From the NCBI GenBank assembly GCA_963699755.1, contig CAVOVB010000001.1:1696001-1760000 (forward strand): a stretch of DNA of 64,000 bases, read 5' to 3'. This DNA comes from an uncultured delta proteobacterium. GTDB taxonomy: Bacteria > Myxococcota_A > Polyangia > Polyangiales > Houyiibacteriaceae. Position numbers and translations under genes: made by a program. Position 1 is the stretch's first letter; each line of letters begins with the position of its first letter. Of this stretch, positions 48,888-57,480 are shown one piece after another. The notes beneath the pieces were generated by a model. It saw only the letters and a list, made by a program, of their open reading frames with translations, was not told the DNA's origin and ran no database searches.

Positions 48888-50390
48888 TCATCCGCGCAGC
48901 ACGGACTCGTAGACTGGAATGAGTGTTTCAGCGGCGGCATCCCAGTGGATGTGCCGGATTTCTTCACGGGCTCGTTCGACGATGACCCGTCGCAACTCCG
49001 GAAGCTCCAAGAGCGCAACGATTTGGCTCGCCATCTTGTCGACGTCCCAGAAGTCGACTTTGAGCGCGTTGCGCAGCACCTCGGAGACGCCGGACTGCTT
49101 CGACACGATGACTGGGCGGTCGTAACTCATCGCTTCGAGCGGAGCGATGCCAAACGGCTCCGAGACCGAGGGCATGACGTACACGTCCGCGGTGGAAAAG
49201 GTGCGCTCGAGCTCTGCGCCGCGGACGAATCCAGGGAAACGGAACGATTTGGTGATGCCGAGCTCCTCGACCATGGCCTTCATTCGCGGAAGCATGTCTC
49301 CGGAGCCCGCCATGATGAACACTGCGTCGGGGACGTGCTGGAGAACGCGGGCGGCGGCTTGGACGAAGTACTCCGGCCCTTTTTGAAACGTGACCCGGCC
49401 GAGGAAAAGCACGACGGGCCCCTTGGAGCTGCGCTGTTCGGTGTAGGCCTCAACCGTCTCGCGCGTGTACACGCCGTTGTGCACGACCGAGATCTTGTCG
49501 AGTGGCGTTCCGTGGACTCGGTTGATGAGGTTGCGTGTGTAGTAGCTCACCGCGATGACCCGCGCGGCGGCCTCGAGCCCCTGATGCTCGACCGAGACGA
49601 TGTCGTGGTCGGCTCCGTGCCCCGCGCGATCGTATTCGAGGCTATGCACGTGAATGAGCAGTGGGGCTCCAGCGCGGCGCGAGATTTCGATGCCCGCCGG
49701 GAAGGTCATCCAGTCGTGCGCATGCACCAGGTCGTATTGGCGCCCCTGGACGCGGCGCGTGGCCGACATGGCGTAGCGAGCCACCTCGGAAAACAGGTCA
49801 TCGCCGTAGTGCGCCCCACTCGACGACTCTTGGGCATACGCAAAGTCCGCGCCGGGAACGTGAGCATGCTCGAGCCTCGTGAGCTCGCCCGGTGGGCCGG
49901 GCAATGGATGCAAGATCTCGGACGCCAGGATCTCGGCAATGGCGGTTTCGTGAAGCGCTCCCGTCGCGATGAGCTCCCGGTACGTCTTTTGGTCCAGGTA
50001 CGGTTTCAGCATGGCCGGCACGCGGATCATCTGGACTCCCGCCTCGCCGAGCGCTGCCGCCCCTGCACGCGCGGCCTCGGCAGCGGCGGTGAAGATCGGG
50101 TCGGTGGCGAGCGCGGGCTCGGCAGCGATCAATCGACTGAGCGGATGGTCCAGTCCGAAGGGAACCTGGGCCGGAGCTGGGGCCGGAGTTTGAGCCTCAG
50201 CAGTCGAGTCCGCGGACGCCGCCCCCAAGATCTGCATGTGCGGCGCGTCTTCCTCGCCGTACAGCCTCGGTACCAGGAAGTCGATTTCGATGCCCCGTCC
50301 CGCAAGCGCTGTCGTTAGCCCTTCGCACGCAGTCCCAAGCCCTCCACTAATGTGGGGAGGATACTCCCAGCCCAGCATCAAGATCTTCAT
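48888..50390 (-). CDS. GT4 glycosyltransferase (glycogen-operon type)
   Basis: MKILMLGWEYPPHISGGLGTAC, HAHDWMT, HSLEYDR, GRVTFQKGP, SEPFGIAPLEA. Confidence 0.92.
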   Translation of the reverse strand: MKILMLGWEYPPHISGGLGTACEGLTTALAGRGIEIDFLVPRLYGEEDAPHMQILGAASADSTAEAQTPAPAPAQVPFGLDHPLSRLIAAEPALATDPIFTAAAEAARAGAAALGEAGVQMIRVPAMLKPYLDQKTYRELIATGALHETAIAEILASEILHPLPGPPGELTRLEHAHVPGADFAYAQESSSGAHYGDDLFSEVARYAMSATRRVQGRQYDLVHAHDWMTFPAGIEISRRAGAPLLIHVHSLEYDRAGHGADHDIVSVEHQGLEAAARVIAVSYYTRNLINRVHGTPLDKISVVHNGVYTRETVEAYTEQRSSKGPVVLFLGRVTFQKGPEYFVQAAARVLQHVPDAVFIMAGSGDMLPRMKAMVEELGITKSFRFPGFVRGAELERTFSTADVYVMPSVSEPFGIAPLEAMSYDRPVIVSKQSGVSEVLRNALKVDFWDVDKMASQIVALLELPELRRVIVERAREEIRHIHWDAAAETLIPVYESVLRG

Positions 50391-52378
50391 CGACTCGCCA
50401 TCTTAGCGACCCGCAAGACCTCTGCCACACTCCAGGCTTGTGCGGGCGCGCCTCCGGGCCGGTGGGGCGCGTCTCCGTCGAAGACCTCGCTGATTTGTCC
50501 GATACAGCCCTCGGTCCGAAGGTGCGCGGAAAGCGATGCAAGCACCGGGATCATCTCTTCGGTGGCTGCCTGCGGGCCTTCGATCGCCTCGACCGCATCG
50601 GCGTACAGGCCGAGAAGCCAGGGCCAGACGGTTCCCTGATGGTAGGCGCGGTCCCGCTCCGACTGCCCGCCGCGGTAGAACGGCTGATAGCTGGGATCGT
50701 CGGGCGAGAGCGTCCGGAGCCCCACCCTGGTGAGCAGCTTTTCCCGCACTGCAGCAAGCGCCCGCATCTTGTGGGCCTTGTCGATTGAGATACCGGGCAG
50801 GGAGAGCGCCCAGAGCTGGTTTGGCCGCAGCTGTTCGTCAGGGTGGTTTCCATCGTGTGTGTCGGTCAAGAAGCCCTGATCTTGAAGCCAGAACTTTTCC
50901 TCGAAATGATCGGACAGTTTCTTCGCGGTTTCGTCCCACTTCTCCACGAAGGCCGGACGTAGCTTCTTCGCCCATCGAAGTGCGGTCGTGAGCCCGAAAA
51001 GCCAGAGCGCGTTCAGGTCGACGGCGTAGCCCTGACGAGGGGTCACCGGCCAACCATCGAGGCGCGCATCCATCCAGGTGAGTGCCCAGGGCCCGTGATC
51101 GACGAAGAGGAAACCCTGCGCGTCGACGTGCACGCGGGGATCTGCGCCCTCGGCGATGCGTTCGATGAGGTCGAGGCAGACCTGTTGTAGGGCAGCGATG
51201 CGCCGGCTCCGCGTTCGCTTGGCGGTGAGGGCCGTCGCTCGGATGAAGAGCAGCGAGGCGTCGATCGACTCCGTGTTCGCTGGCACGTCACCACTTTGCG
51301 GCATGTTGGGCACGAGGCCGTTCACTAGGCGATCCGCAAGTGACTCGAGGATCGCAAGCGCCTTGTTGACCTCGTTGCGGGCTAGGCAGAGGCCGGGCAG
51401 GGCGATCAAAGAATCCCGCCCCCATTCTCCAAACCAGGGATAGCCGGCGATGATTCCGGTGCGACCCCCGGAAAGCTCGACCAGGTACGCATCGGCCGCG
51501 TCGTCGAGCTCTTGAACGAAGGAACGGCGTGAGCCCAAGACCGAGCTGAGCACCTGAGGCTCGTGGCTGGCTGCCGGCGTCGTACCGAGTCGAATGCAGA
51601 ACGCGCCGTCGTGCTTGAGGACGAGGCGGAACTCGCCCGGCGTGAAGAGGTCTTCCACATCGTCGTAGCCTCGCTCGCGTTCCCATTCGTAGTGAACGCC
51701 TTCGTACCAGTGGCCGTCTGGCCGAAAGACGCCTGCGGCGCCGTGCAGGCTCGCGATGAGGGCCGGTACGTTCTTATAGGGGTGCATGGCCACGCGAAGC
51801 GACTCGCCGTCTTCGATGTCGAGCTCGCCGTTCATGAAGGGGTTTGCAACGGTCAACGCATGGAGCGGCCGACAACGGATCAGCGGACGTAGGCGCAGAT
51901 CGGCCGGCTCGGTGAGCCCTTCGATCGTGTACCGAATCCAGACCGCGTCGGCGTCGTCTTCGAGCCAGAGCTCTCGCGTGAACGTGACCCCGCCAAACTC
52001 GTAGGACCAGCGGGGCAAGGGCTCGAAGCGGTTCAGGTAGTCGACACCGTTCGGCTCGACTGTGTTGCCCCAATTGTAGCTGTGCAGGGCGACTCTTTCA
52101 TCGCCGACCTTGAGCCACTCCTCGACCTCGGCGACCATGTTCAGCGGTTCGCCGACCCCCGGCTCCCGGACCGTGAGAAGTCCGTGGTACTTCCGGCGAG
52201 GGCATCGATCGATCGTACCCATCGCAAACGAACCGCGTGAATTGACACTCAGCCACTCGGCGTCCGGTGTGGTCGCTGCGGTTTCGAGGGCATCCTCTTC
52301 GCTTCCCTGCGCCTTGCGGAGCAGACGCAGCCCCGACGCACTGTCGGAGCGAGATGGGAACCAGCTTGGCAAAATCAC
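50387..52378 (-). CDS. Amylo-alpha-1,6-glucosidase (glycogen debranching enzyme)
   Basis: RKYHGLL, IAGYPWFGEWGRDSLIALPG, LTWMDA, LRPNQL, YHQGTVWPWL, ISEVFDG, AQAWSVAE. Confidence 0.93.
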   Translation of the reverse strand: MILPSWFPSRSDSASGLRLLRKAQGSEEDALETAATTPDAEWLSVNSRGSFAMGTIDRCPRRKYHGLLTVREPGVGEPLNMVAEVEEWLKVGDERVALHSYNWGNTVEPNGVDYLNRFEPLPRWSYEFGGVTFTRELWLEDDADAVWIRYTIEGLTEPADLRLRPLIRCRPLHALTVANPFMNGELDIEDGESLRVAMHPYKNVPALIASLHGAAGVFRPDGHWYEGVHYEWERERGYDDVEDLFTPGEFRLVLKHDGAFCIRLGTTPAASHEPQVLSSVLGSRRSFVQELDDAADAYLVELSGGRTGIIAGYPWFGEWGRDSLIALPGLCLARNEVNKALAILESLADRLVNGLVPNMPQSGDVPANTESIDASLLFIRATALTAKRTRSRRIAALQQVCLDLIERIAEGADPRVHVDAQGFLFVDHGPWALTWMDARLDGWPVTPRQGYAVDLNALWLFGLTTALRWAKKLRPAFVEKWDETAKKLSDHFEEKFWLQDQGFLTDTHDGNHPDEQLRPNQLWALSLPGISIDKAHKMRALAAVREKLLTRVGLRTLSPDDPSYQPFYRGGQSERDRAYHQGTVWPWLLGLYADAVEAIEGPQAATEEMIPVLASLSAHLRTEGCIGQISEVFDGDAPHRPGGAPAQAWSVAEVLRVAKMASR

Positions 52379-52426
52379 AGTAATCCCCTTAGACCCAATT
52401 CCGGCTAGGGTCGAAAGCAGCTCCTA

Positions 52427-52443
52427 AGCAGGAGGCGTGCCAA
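52427..52443 (-). promoter_or_regulatory. Sigma54 promoter of the glycogen operon
   Basis: Minus strand TTGGCAC-GCCTC-CTGCT. Confidence 0.78.
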
Positions 52444-52503
52444 AGCCTGGCAGGTGAACCTGCCTGTTTCCGTCACAACTCGTCAACATTTGCCGCCGGG
52501 CGG

Positions 52504-52546
52504 CGCAACATCTGCGGGGCCGCGCCCCAACAGCGCATTGGCTGCG
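52504..52546. promoter_or_regulatory. Paired enhancer boxes upstream of the glycogen operon
   Basis: CGCAACATCTGCG (52504-52516) and CGCATTGGCTGCG (52534-52546), 30 bp apart. Confidence 0.8.
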
Positions 52547-52554
52547 CCTGCGGT

Positions 52555-53823
52555 TCACGCGCGGGTCTCGCGCCATGCGCGCGCCAAGGCCTCTTGGTCA
52601 TCGGGATGGGCGATGGAGATGAGCAGCTGCGCCCGTTCGTTCAAGGTCTTGCCGTACAGGTCTACCGCGCCGTTCTCCGTGATGATGAACTGGACATGCG
52701 CCCGCGTGGTCACCACACCGGCTCCCGGCCGAAGGGTGGGCACGATTCGCGGAGCTCCTTTGCGGGTCCGGCTCGTCAGGGCGATGATGGGCTTGCCCCG
52801 CTCGGAGGTCATCGCGCCGCGGATGAAGTCCATCTGGCCGCCAACCCCGGAGATGACGCGGTGGCCGATCGAGTCGGCACAAACCTGCCCGGTGAGGTCG
52901 ATTTCGACCGCCGAGTTGATCGCGGTGACCTTGGGGTTCCGGTTGATGACCGAAACCCGGTTGACGTAGCCGATATCGTACTGGGTGACGGTTGGATTGT
53001 CGTCGATGTAGTCGTACACCCGGCGTGTTCCGACGATGAACCCAGAGACCGTTCGACCCGGGTGAACGGCTTTTTGGCTGTTGTCGACCGCGCCGCATTC
53101 GAGCAAGGGCAGCAAGCCATCGGACCACATTTCAGTGTGAACCCCCAGATGGCGATGACCTTTGAGCGAGGCCAGGACCGCGTCGGGAACGGCTCCAATC
53201 CCCATCTGGAGGGTGGCCCCATCTTCGATGAGCTCCGCAGCATGGTGGCCGATCGCCTGTTCTTCCTCGCTCGGCGCCGTCGCTGGGACCTCGGGGAGGG
53301 GCTCGTCGTTCTCGACCAGCCAATCGAGTTGGTCGATGTGCACGAAGCCGTCCCCATGCACACGCGGCATGTGCCGGTTGACCTGAGCGATCACGATTTT
53401 GGCGGAGTCGACCGCAGCCCTGGCGATGTCCACCGAGACACCAAGGCTGCAGTAGCCTCCCTTGTCCGGCGGCGAGACCTGAACGAGCGCCGCGTCGAGC
53501 GCCCGGCGTCCAGACCGGAACAACTGCGGGATCTCCGACAGAAAGCAGGGCAGGTAGTCGACCCGGTCGCCATCCAGCAGGTGGCGCATGTTCTGGCCGA
53601 CGAACAGGTTCGCCACCCGAAAGGAGCGTGCGTGCTCCGGCTTGGCGTAGGCCGCGTCGCCCGAGGTGTGAAGGTGGATTAGCTCGACGTTGCGAAGGCG
53701 GCGCGCGTCTCGAACGAGGGCGTCCACCAGGGCCGTCGGGGTGGCCACGCCCCCGTGGACGAATACGCGTTGATTGGAATTGATGTGGTTGACCGCCTCG
53801 TCAGCAGTGCAGAGCTTGGACAT
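52555..53823 (-). CDS. Acetyl-CoA hydrolase/CoA-transferase (Cat2/ASCT family)
   Basis: QVSPPD, LQMGIGAVP, LGVHTEMWSDG, INSAVEIDLTGQV, SGVGGQMDF, IAHPD. Confidence 0.93.
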   Translation of the reverse strand: MSKLCTADEAVNHINSNQRVFVHGGVATPTALVDALVRDARRLRNVELIHLHTSGDAAYAKPEHARSFRVANLFVGQNMRHLLDGDRVDYLPCFLSEIPQLFRSGRRALDAALVQVSPPDKGGYCSLGVSVDIARAAVDSAKIVIAQVNRHMPRVHGDGFVHIDQLDWLVENDEPLPEVPATAPSEEEQAIGHHAAELIEDGATLQMGIGAVPDAVLASLKGHRHLGVHTEMWSDGLLPLLECGAVDNSQKAVHPGRTVSGFIVGTRRVYDYIDDNPTVTQYDIGYVNRVSVINRNPKVTAINSAVEIDLTGQVCADSIGHRVISGVGGQMDFIRGAMTSERGKPIIALTSRTRKGAPRIVPTLRPGAGVVTTRAHVQFIITENGAVDLYGKTLNERAQLLISIAHPDDQEALARAWRETRA

Positions 53824-53833
53824 CGCACCTTTT

Positions 53834-54139
53834 CTATTCCGGGACGTTCCCGGGTTTGGGTTTCGGCTCAGGTTCGGGCTCCGGCCCGGGGCCGGGCGCC
53901 GGGCGTCTCCGTTCGAGGTCGACTTCGAGGAGCGCAGGGGGGTTGGGCAAGGTAACCGGTCCCGACGTGCGGTCGACGTTGCCCTCGGGCGGGTCGACCT
54001 TGCTGCTGGGCAGGTACTCTTCCTCTTGCTGCATCTCGGTCCCCTGGGCCCCGCGCACTCGGCCCGTCGCGCAGGCGGAGAGCAGCGCCAGGATCAGGAG
54101 CAAGGCCGCGATGATCGAGGTTCGGGCGAGTGGGCTCAT
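53834..54139 (-). CDS. Small lipoprotein with Pro-rich (PG/PE/PK) tail
   Basis: Lipobox LSAC; overlaps the upstream stop by ATGA; fills the operon gap. Confidence 0.55.
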   Translation of the reverse strand: MSPLARTSIIAALLLILALLSACATGRVRGAQGTEMQQEEEYLPSSKVDPPEGNVDRTSGPVTLPNPPALLEVDLERRRPAPGPGPEPEPEPKPKPGNVPE

Positions 54140-54972
54140 GGCGCCTCCCCGCGGCGCTGGCTGGGGGTCATGTCGGGTTCCACGTCGACCAAGCTATGGC
54201 ACTGGCTGCAGGCCGACAAGAGTCGCCCAAAAATGTCGGCCTGCCCTAGCGTGCTGGGCTTGCCCTCCAGGGCTTCGCCGGGCTTTGGCACGTATTCGTC
54301 TTCTCTGGCTTTACCCTCGACAGCGGCCGCGAACGCCAAGTCGTGGACCTCGTAGGCGAGGCGGGTCGTGCCAGGAGGTCTCTCGCTGTCGGGCGATGTC
54401 GGCCCGTGAAGCGGCGACTCGGCTAGAATCCCGGCGGCAGCTTGGAACGCCGACGTCGAGTCGCTGAGCAGCGCCTCCCACATTCGTTCCACCGCCCAAT
54501 AGTGGCGCCGCATGTGCATCTTCAGGTCTCCTCCTTCGGGCGCGGGCTCGAGTTTCATCGCTGGCCCTTGGTCGAGGGCATGGTGGCATTGACCGCAGGC
54601 GTTCGAGAGCAGGGCGAAGGCCATGCATGCTTCTTCGAGGTCGACAGACTCTCGCACCTGGGTCGCAAGCTCCCGGGTGATGCGCGCGTATTCCTTGCCG
54701 TCTTTGGGAAAGGGCACGTGTTCCATGAAAAACGCGAGCTTGCGCATCGACTGCTGGGCGACCGCGAGGTCTCCTCGGATCAGGGCGTTTCGCGCGACCA
54801 GCGAGAGCGCAGCGTGCTCCTGCATGACTTCTTCGAAGCCATCTGGCGTCGCCGGGTCTTCATCGGCGCGCTTCAGCTCGCAATCGCAGCCGCTTGCGAG
54901 CGCAATCGTCAACCCTAGCGCAATGACCCGCCCAAGCATCAAGCCCCCATCATGCGCTGTCCAGGCGCTCAT
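54136..54972 (-). CDS. Di-haem c-type cytochrome (tandem cytochrome c'/c556-like helical domains), probable lipoprotein
   Basis: Two CxxCH motifs (CGQCH, CSQCH), each at the end of a helical domain; LASGC lipobox; start may be MLGRV. Confidence 0.75.
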   Translation of the reverse strand: MSAWTAHDGGLMLGRVIALGLTIALASGCDCELKRADEDPATPDGFEEVMQEHAALSLVARNALIRGDLAVAQQSMRKLAFFMEHVPFPKDGKEYARITRELATQVRESVDLEEACMAFALLSNACGQCHHALDQGPAMKLEPAPEGGDLKMHMRRHYWAVERMWEALLSDSTSAFQAAAGILAESPLHGPTSPDSERPPGTTRLAYEVHDLAFAAAVEGKAREDEYVPKPGEALEGKPSTLGQADIFGRLLSACSQCHSLVDVEPDMTPSQRRGEAP

Positions 54973-54988
54973 TCAAGCAGCTGCGCCT

Positions 54989-55882
54989 TCAACCGTCGTC
55001 GTGGGTGAGAAGGAGCGGCACCTTGCTGTCATGAAGAAGTCGCCTCGCCACGCTGCCGATGAGGAGCCGCTCGATGCCGCTCTTGCCCGTCGTCCCTGCG
55101 CAAATCAGCGTCGCACCCACGTCCTCGGCGACCCTGAGAAGACCCTCCGCAGGGTCTCCGGTGACGAGGTGGGTCTCGATGCCTTTCGAGTCGCTTGAAA
55201 AGAGCTCCGCCGATTCGCTCTTGAGCATCGCTTCGAGCCCGAGACGGAGAGCTTGGCGGCGCTTTTCGGCGGCCTCTCCAACGACGGCGCCCCGGTCCGT
55301 GTACTCGCCCCACACGTCCAAGTAACTGTGAACCATGTGCAGCGGCCCTGGGAAGGAACCGTGAATGGCGCGGGCCACCTCGGCGGCGCGCTTCGCCGGA
55401 GTCGAGAAGTCGTAGGCCACGACGATCGAGCCCGGCATCTTGCCGCCTTCTGGTGGGATGATGATGATCGGGGTGTGGACCGTCTTGATCACGCGCTCGG
55501 TCACGCTGCCGTACATCAGCTTCGAAACGCCTCCGCGACCGTGGGTGCCGACGACGACCAGGTCCACGTCGTGTTCCCTCGCGTAGTCCCGAATCACCTC
55601 GTGCACCGTTCCTTCGCGAATCACCGTGAAGTACTCTATGCCGGCCGCCGCAAGGCCTTTGGCCTGCTGATCGAGCGCATCTTGGGACTCGTTCAGGATG
55701 CGCGTGACCGCCTCCGGGCCTGGGCTGTAGGACAGGTCCATCAGCAGGTACGTCGGAATGACCGGCGTGTGTAGAAGGTGGAGCTTGGCGGAGCACCGCT
55801 TGGCGAGCTCGGTGGCGTAGCTCAGCGCCTGCTGCGCATTCTCCGAAAAGTCGGTCGGGACCAGGATCTGTTTGATCTGCAT
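54989..55882 (-). CDS. Tandem-domain universal stress protein
   Basis: ILVPTDFS, VVGTHGRGG, YGSVTERV, VVAYDFS, GTTGKSGIERLLIGSVARRLL. Confidence 0.94.
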   Translation of the reverse strand: MQIKQILVPTDFSENAQQALSYATELAKRCSAKLHLLHTPVIPTYLLMDLSYSPGPEAVTRILNESQDALDQQAKGLAAAGIEYFTVIREGTVHEVIRDYAREHDVDLVVVGTHGRGGVSKLMYGSVTERVIKTVHTPIIIIPPEGGKMPGSIVVAYDFSTPAKRAAEVARAIHGSFPGPLHMVHSYLDVWGEYTDRGAVVGEAAEKRRQALRLGLEAMLKSESAELFSSDSKGIETHLVTGDPAEGLLRVAEDVGATLICAGTTGKSGIERLLIGSVARRLLHDSKVPLLLTHDDG

Positions 55883-55914
55883 TTGGGCTTGTCCGTCCTC
55901 TCAATCGGGGCTGG

Positions 55915-56376
55915 TTAGCCGCCGAATGGGTCACTGGGGATCAGGTTATCGTTGAGAAGCTTCTCGGTCACGTACTCGCGCTCTTCTTGTTCGATATCGA
56001 TGCGAAGCATTTCGGCGAGCTTGGTAACGCTCGAGACGAGGCCATCCGGCGAGCTGGCCTCCCGAATCGCATCGACGAGCCGGTCCAGCTCCCGACGCTG
56101 TTCGGCATGCTCGGCGTGCAGGTGACGGACCCGCTCAGGGCCGAACCCATCGGCGTCGTTGATAGCGGGCACCATGTGGGTCTCTTCGAAGTTCATGTGG
56201 AGCTCCAGGATGCCGCGAAGCGCATAGGCGGCGCGCTTGACCTGCGCAGCGGCCACGCTTCCCTCTCCGAGCTTGGCAACCCCCGCCTCGAGCTCCGAGA
56301 GCATGAGCTCGATCTCACGGTGCTGGCTCAGCACCTTCCTACGAACCTCGGAAGGCATCAGGGCTTCGTTGCTCAT
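55915..56376 (-). CDS. Hemerythrin/HHE domain protein
   Basis: QH...LHMNFEE...LHAEHAEQ...DIEQEE pattern; AGGAGG RBS. Confidence 0.75.
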   Translation of the reverse strand: MSNEALMPSEVRRKVLSQHREIELMLSELEAGVAKLGEGSVAAAQVKRAAYALRGILELHMNFEETHMVPAINDADGFGPERVRHLHAEHAEQRRELDRLVDAIREASSPDGLVSSVTKLAEMLRIDIEQEEREYVTEKLLNDNLIPSDPFGG

Positions 56377-56412
56377 CTTGTCCTCCTGTAAGGCATCCGT
56401 GCGTTGGGTGTG

Positions 56413-56429
56413 TGCAAGTCCCGCGCCAA
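56413..56429 (-). promoter_or_regulatory. Sigma54 promoter of the hemerythrin-USP-cytochrome-CoA-transferase operon
   Basis: Minus strand TTGGCGC-GGGAC-TTGCA. Confidence 0.8.
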
Positions 56430-56459
56430 GGGTTTAGCAGCATTTCGCGTCAGCGGACA

Positions 56460-56501
56460 CGCAAGTTCTGCGCCGCTCGGGAAACATTCGCAGAACCTGC
56501 G
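56460..56501. promoter_or_regulatory. Paired enhancer boxes between divergent promoters
   Basis: CGCAAGTTCTGCG (56460-56472) and CGCAGAACCTGCG (56489-56501), 29 bp apart. Confidence 0.82.
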
Positions 56502-56544
56502 TCGTTTTCGCTATGCTCGCAGGGCAAAAGCCGTGTCGATCGTC

Positions 56545-56560
56545 TGGCACGAAGCTTGAT
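56545..56560 (+). promoter_or_regulatory. Sigma54-like promoter of the usp pair (variant -12)
   Basis: TGGCAC-GAAGC-TTGAT (GA instead of GC at -12). Confidence 0.6.
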
Positions 56561-56576
56561 AGTGAAGGGTACAAGC

Positions 56577-57056
56577 ATGGACCAGCCACAGACCATTCTC
56601 GTCGGCACCGATTTCTCTGACATCTCGGACGAGGCGCTTCGGGCCGCAGCCCTCTACGCCAAGACCTTCAACTCGCGAGTGCTGGTCACTCATGTATTCG
56701 ACCCGACGCCCAACGTGCCGCCCGTCGTCTGGTCGCGTCCGGACCTTCTCGAGCGGAGCATTCGCGTCGAAATCGAAGAGGCGATTCGGGAGACGCTCAC
56801 CGGCAAGACCGCGGAGCTGCTCCAAGGGGTCGCCGAGGTCGAGCTGAGCGTGGTTCAACACCCCTCTCCGGGTCGTGCCCTGGTCGAGATGGCCGAGGAC
56901 GAGGGCGTGGACCTCCTGATTCTCGGCTCGCATGGTCGAAGCGGCCTGTCCCGCGCGTTCCTCGGTAGCGTCGCGGAACGTGTCGTCCGTCACGCGCCGT
57001 GTCCCGTCTTGGTCGTGCGTGGCCGATGTGATCACAAGCCGAAGGATGGAGAGTAG
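56577..57056 (+). CDS. Universal stress protein
   Basis: ILVGTDFS, LILGSHGRSG, FLGSVAERVVRHAPCPVLVV. Confidence 0.94.
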   Translation: MDQPQTILVGTDFSDISDEALRAAALYAKTFNSRVLVTHVFDPTPNVPPVVWSRPDLLERSIRVEIEEAIRETLTGKTAELLQGVAEVELSVVQHPSPGRALVEMAEDEGVDLLILGSHGRSGLSRAFLGSVAERVVRHAPCPVLVVRGRCDHKPKDGE

Positions 57057-57059
57057 CCA

Positions 57060-57470
57060 GTGTCTTTGATTCCACGTTTGGTCGTCGCCTATGACTTCTC
57101 CGATCCCGCGCGTCGCGCGTTCGAGCTCGGCGTCTTCATGGGGCGTCAACTCGATGCAGACGTCCACATCGTGACGGTCCTCGACTCGAGTGAATCCAGC
57201 GGGTCCACTCTGGGCAAGGAGCTCGACGACCTCGGTCAGCTCCTCGAGATGCGAACCTGCGGCACCATCAAGGCGGACACCGTACGGATCCAGTGCCACG
57301 CGGTGGCCGGCCATCCGGCCGATGCCGTCGTGGCACTGGCGCGCGAGCTCGACGCGCCGCTCATTCTCTGCGGTACGACCGGGAAAGGCGCAGTCGCACG
57401 CACACTGCTTGGCAGCGTCTCTCACGAGCTCGTGCACAAGAGCGGTGCGATCGTGATGTCGGTGCCCTGA
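57060..57470 (+). CDS. Universal stress protein
   Basis: LVVAYDFS, GHPADAVV, GTTGKG, LLGSVSHELV. Confidence 0.9.
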   Translation: MSLIPRLVVAYDFSDPARRAFELGVFMGRQLDADVHIVTVLDSSESSGSTLGKELDDLGQLLEMRTCGTIKADTVRIQCHAVAGHPADAVVALARELDAPLILCGTTGKGAVARTLLGSVSHELVHKSGAIVMSVP

Positions 57471-57480
57471 CGCCTAGCCT

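Noticed and set aside
53850..53900. Short tandem repeats (PG/PE/PK codons), and the VSAP repeat at 30584-30668, as CRISPR or VNTR elements
   Set aside because: Low-complexity coding linkers with no repeat-spacer structure and no cas genes.
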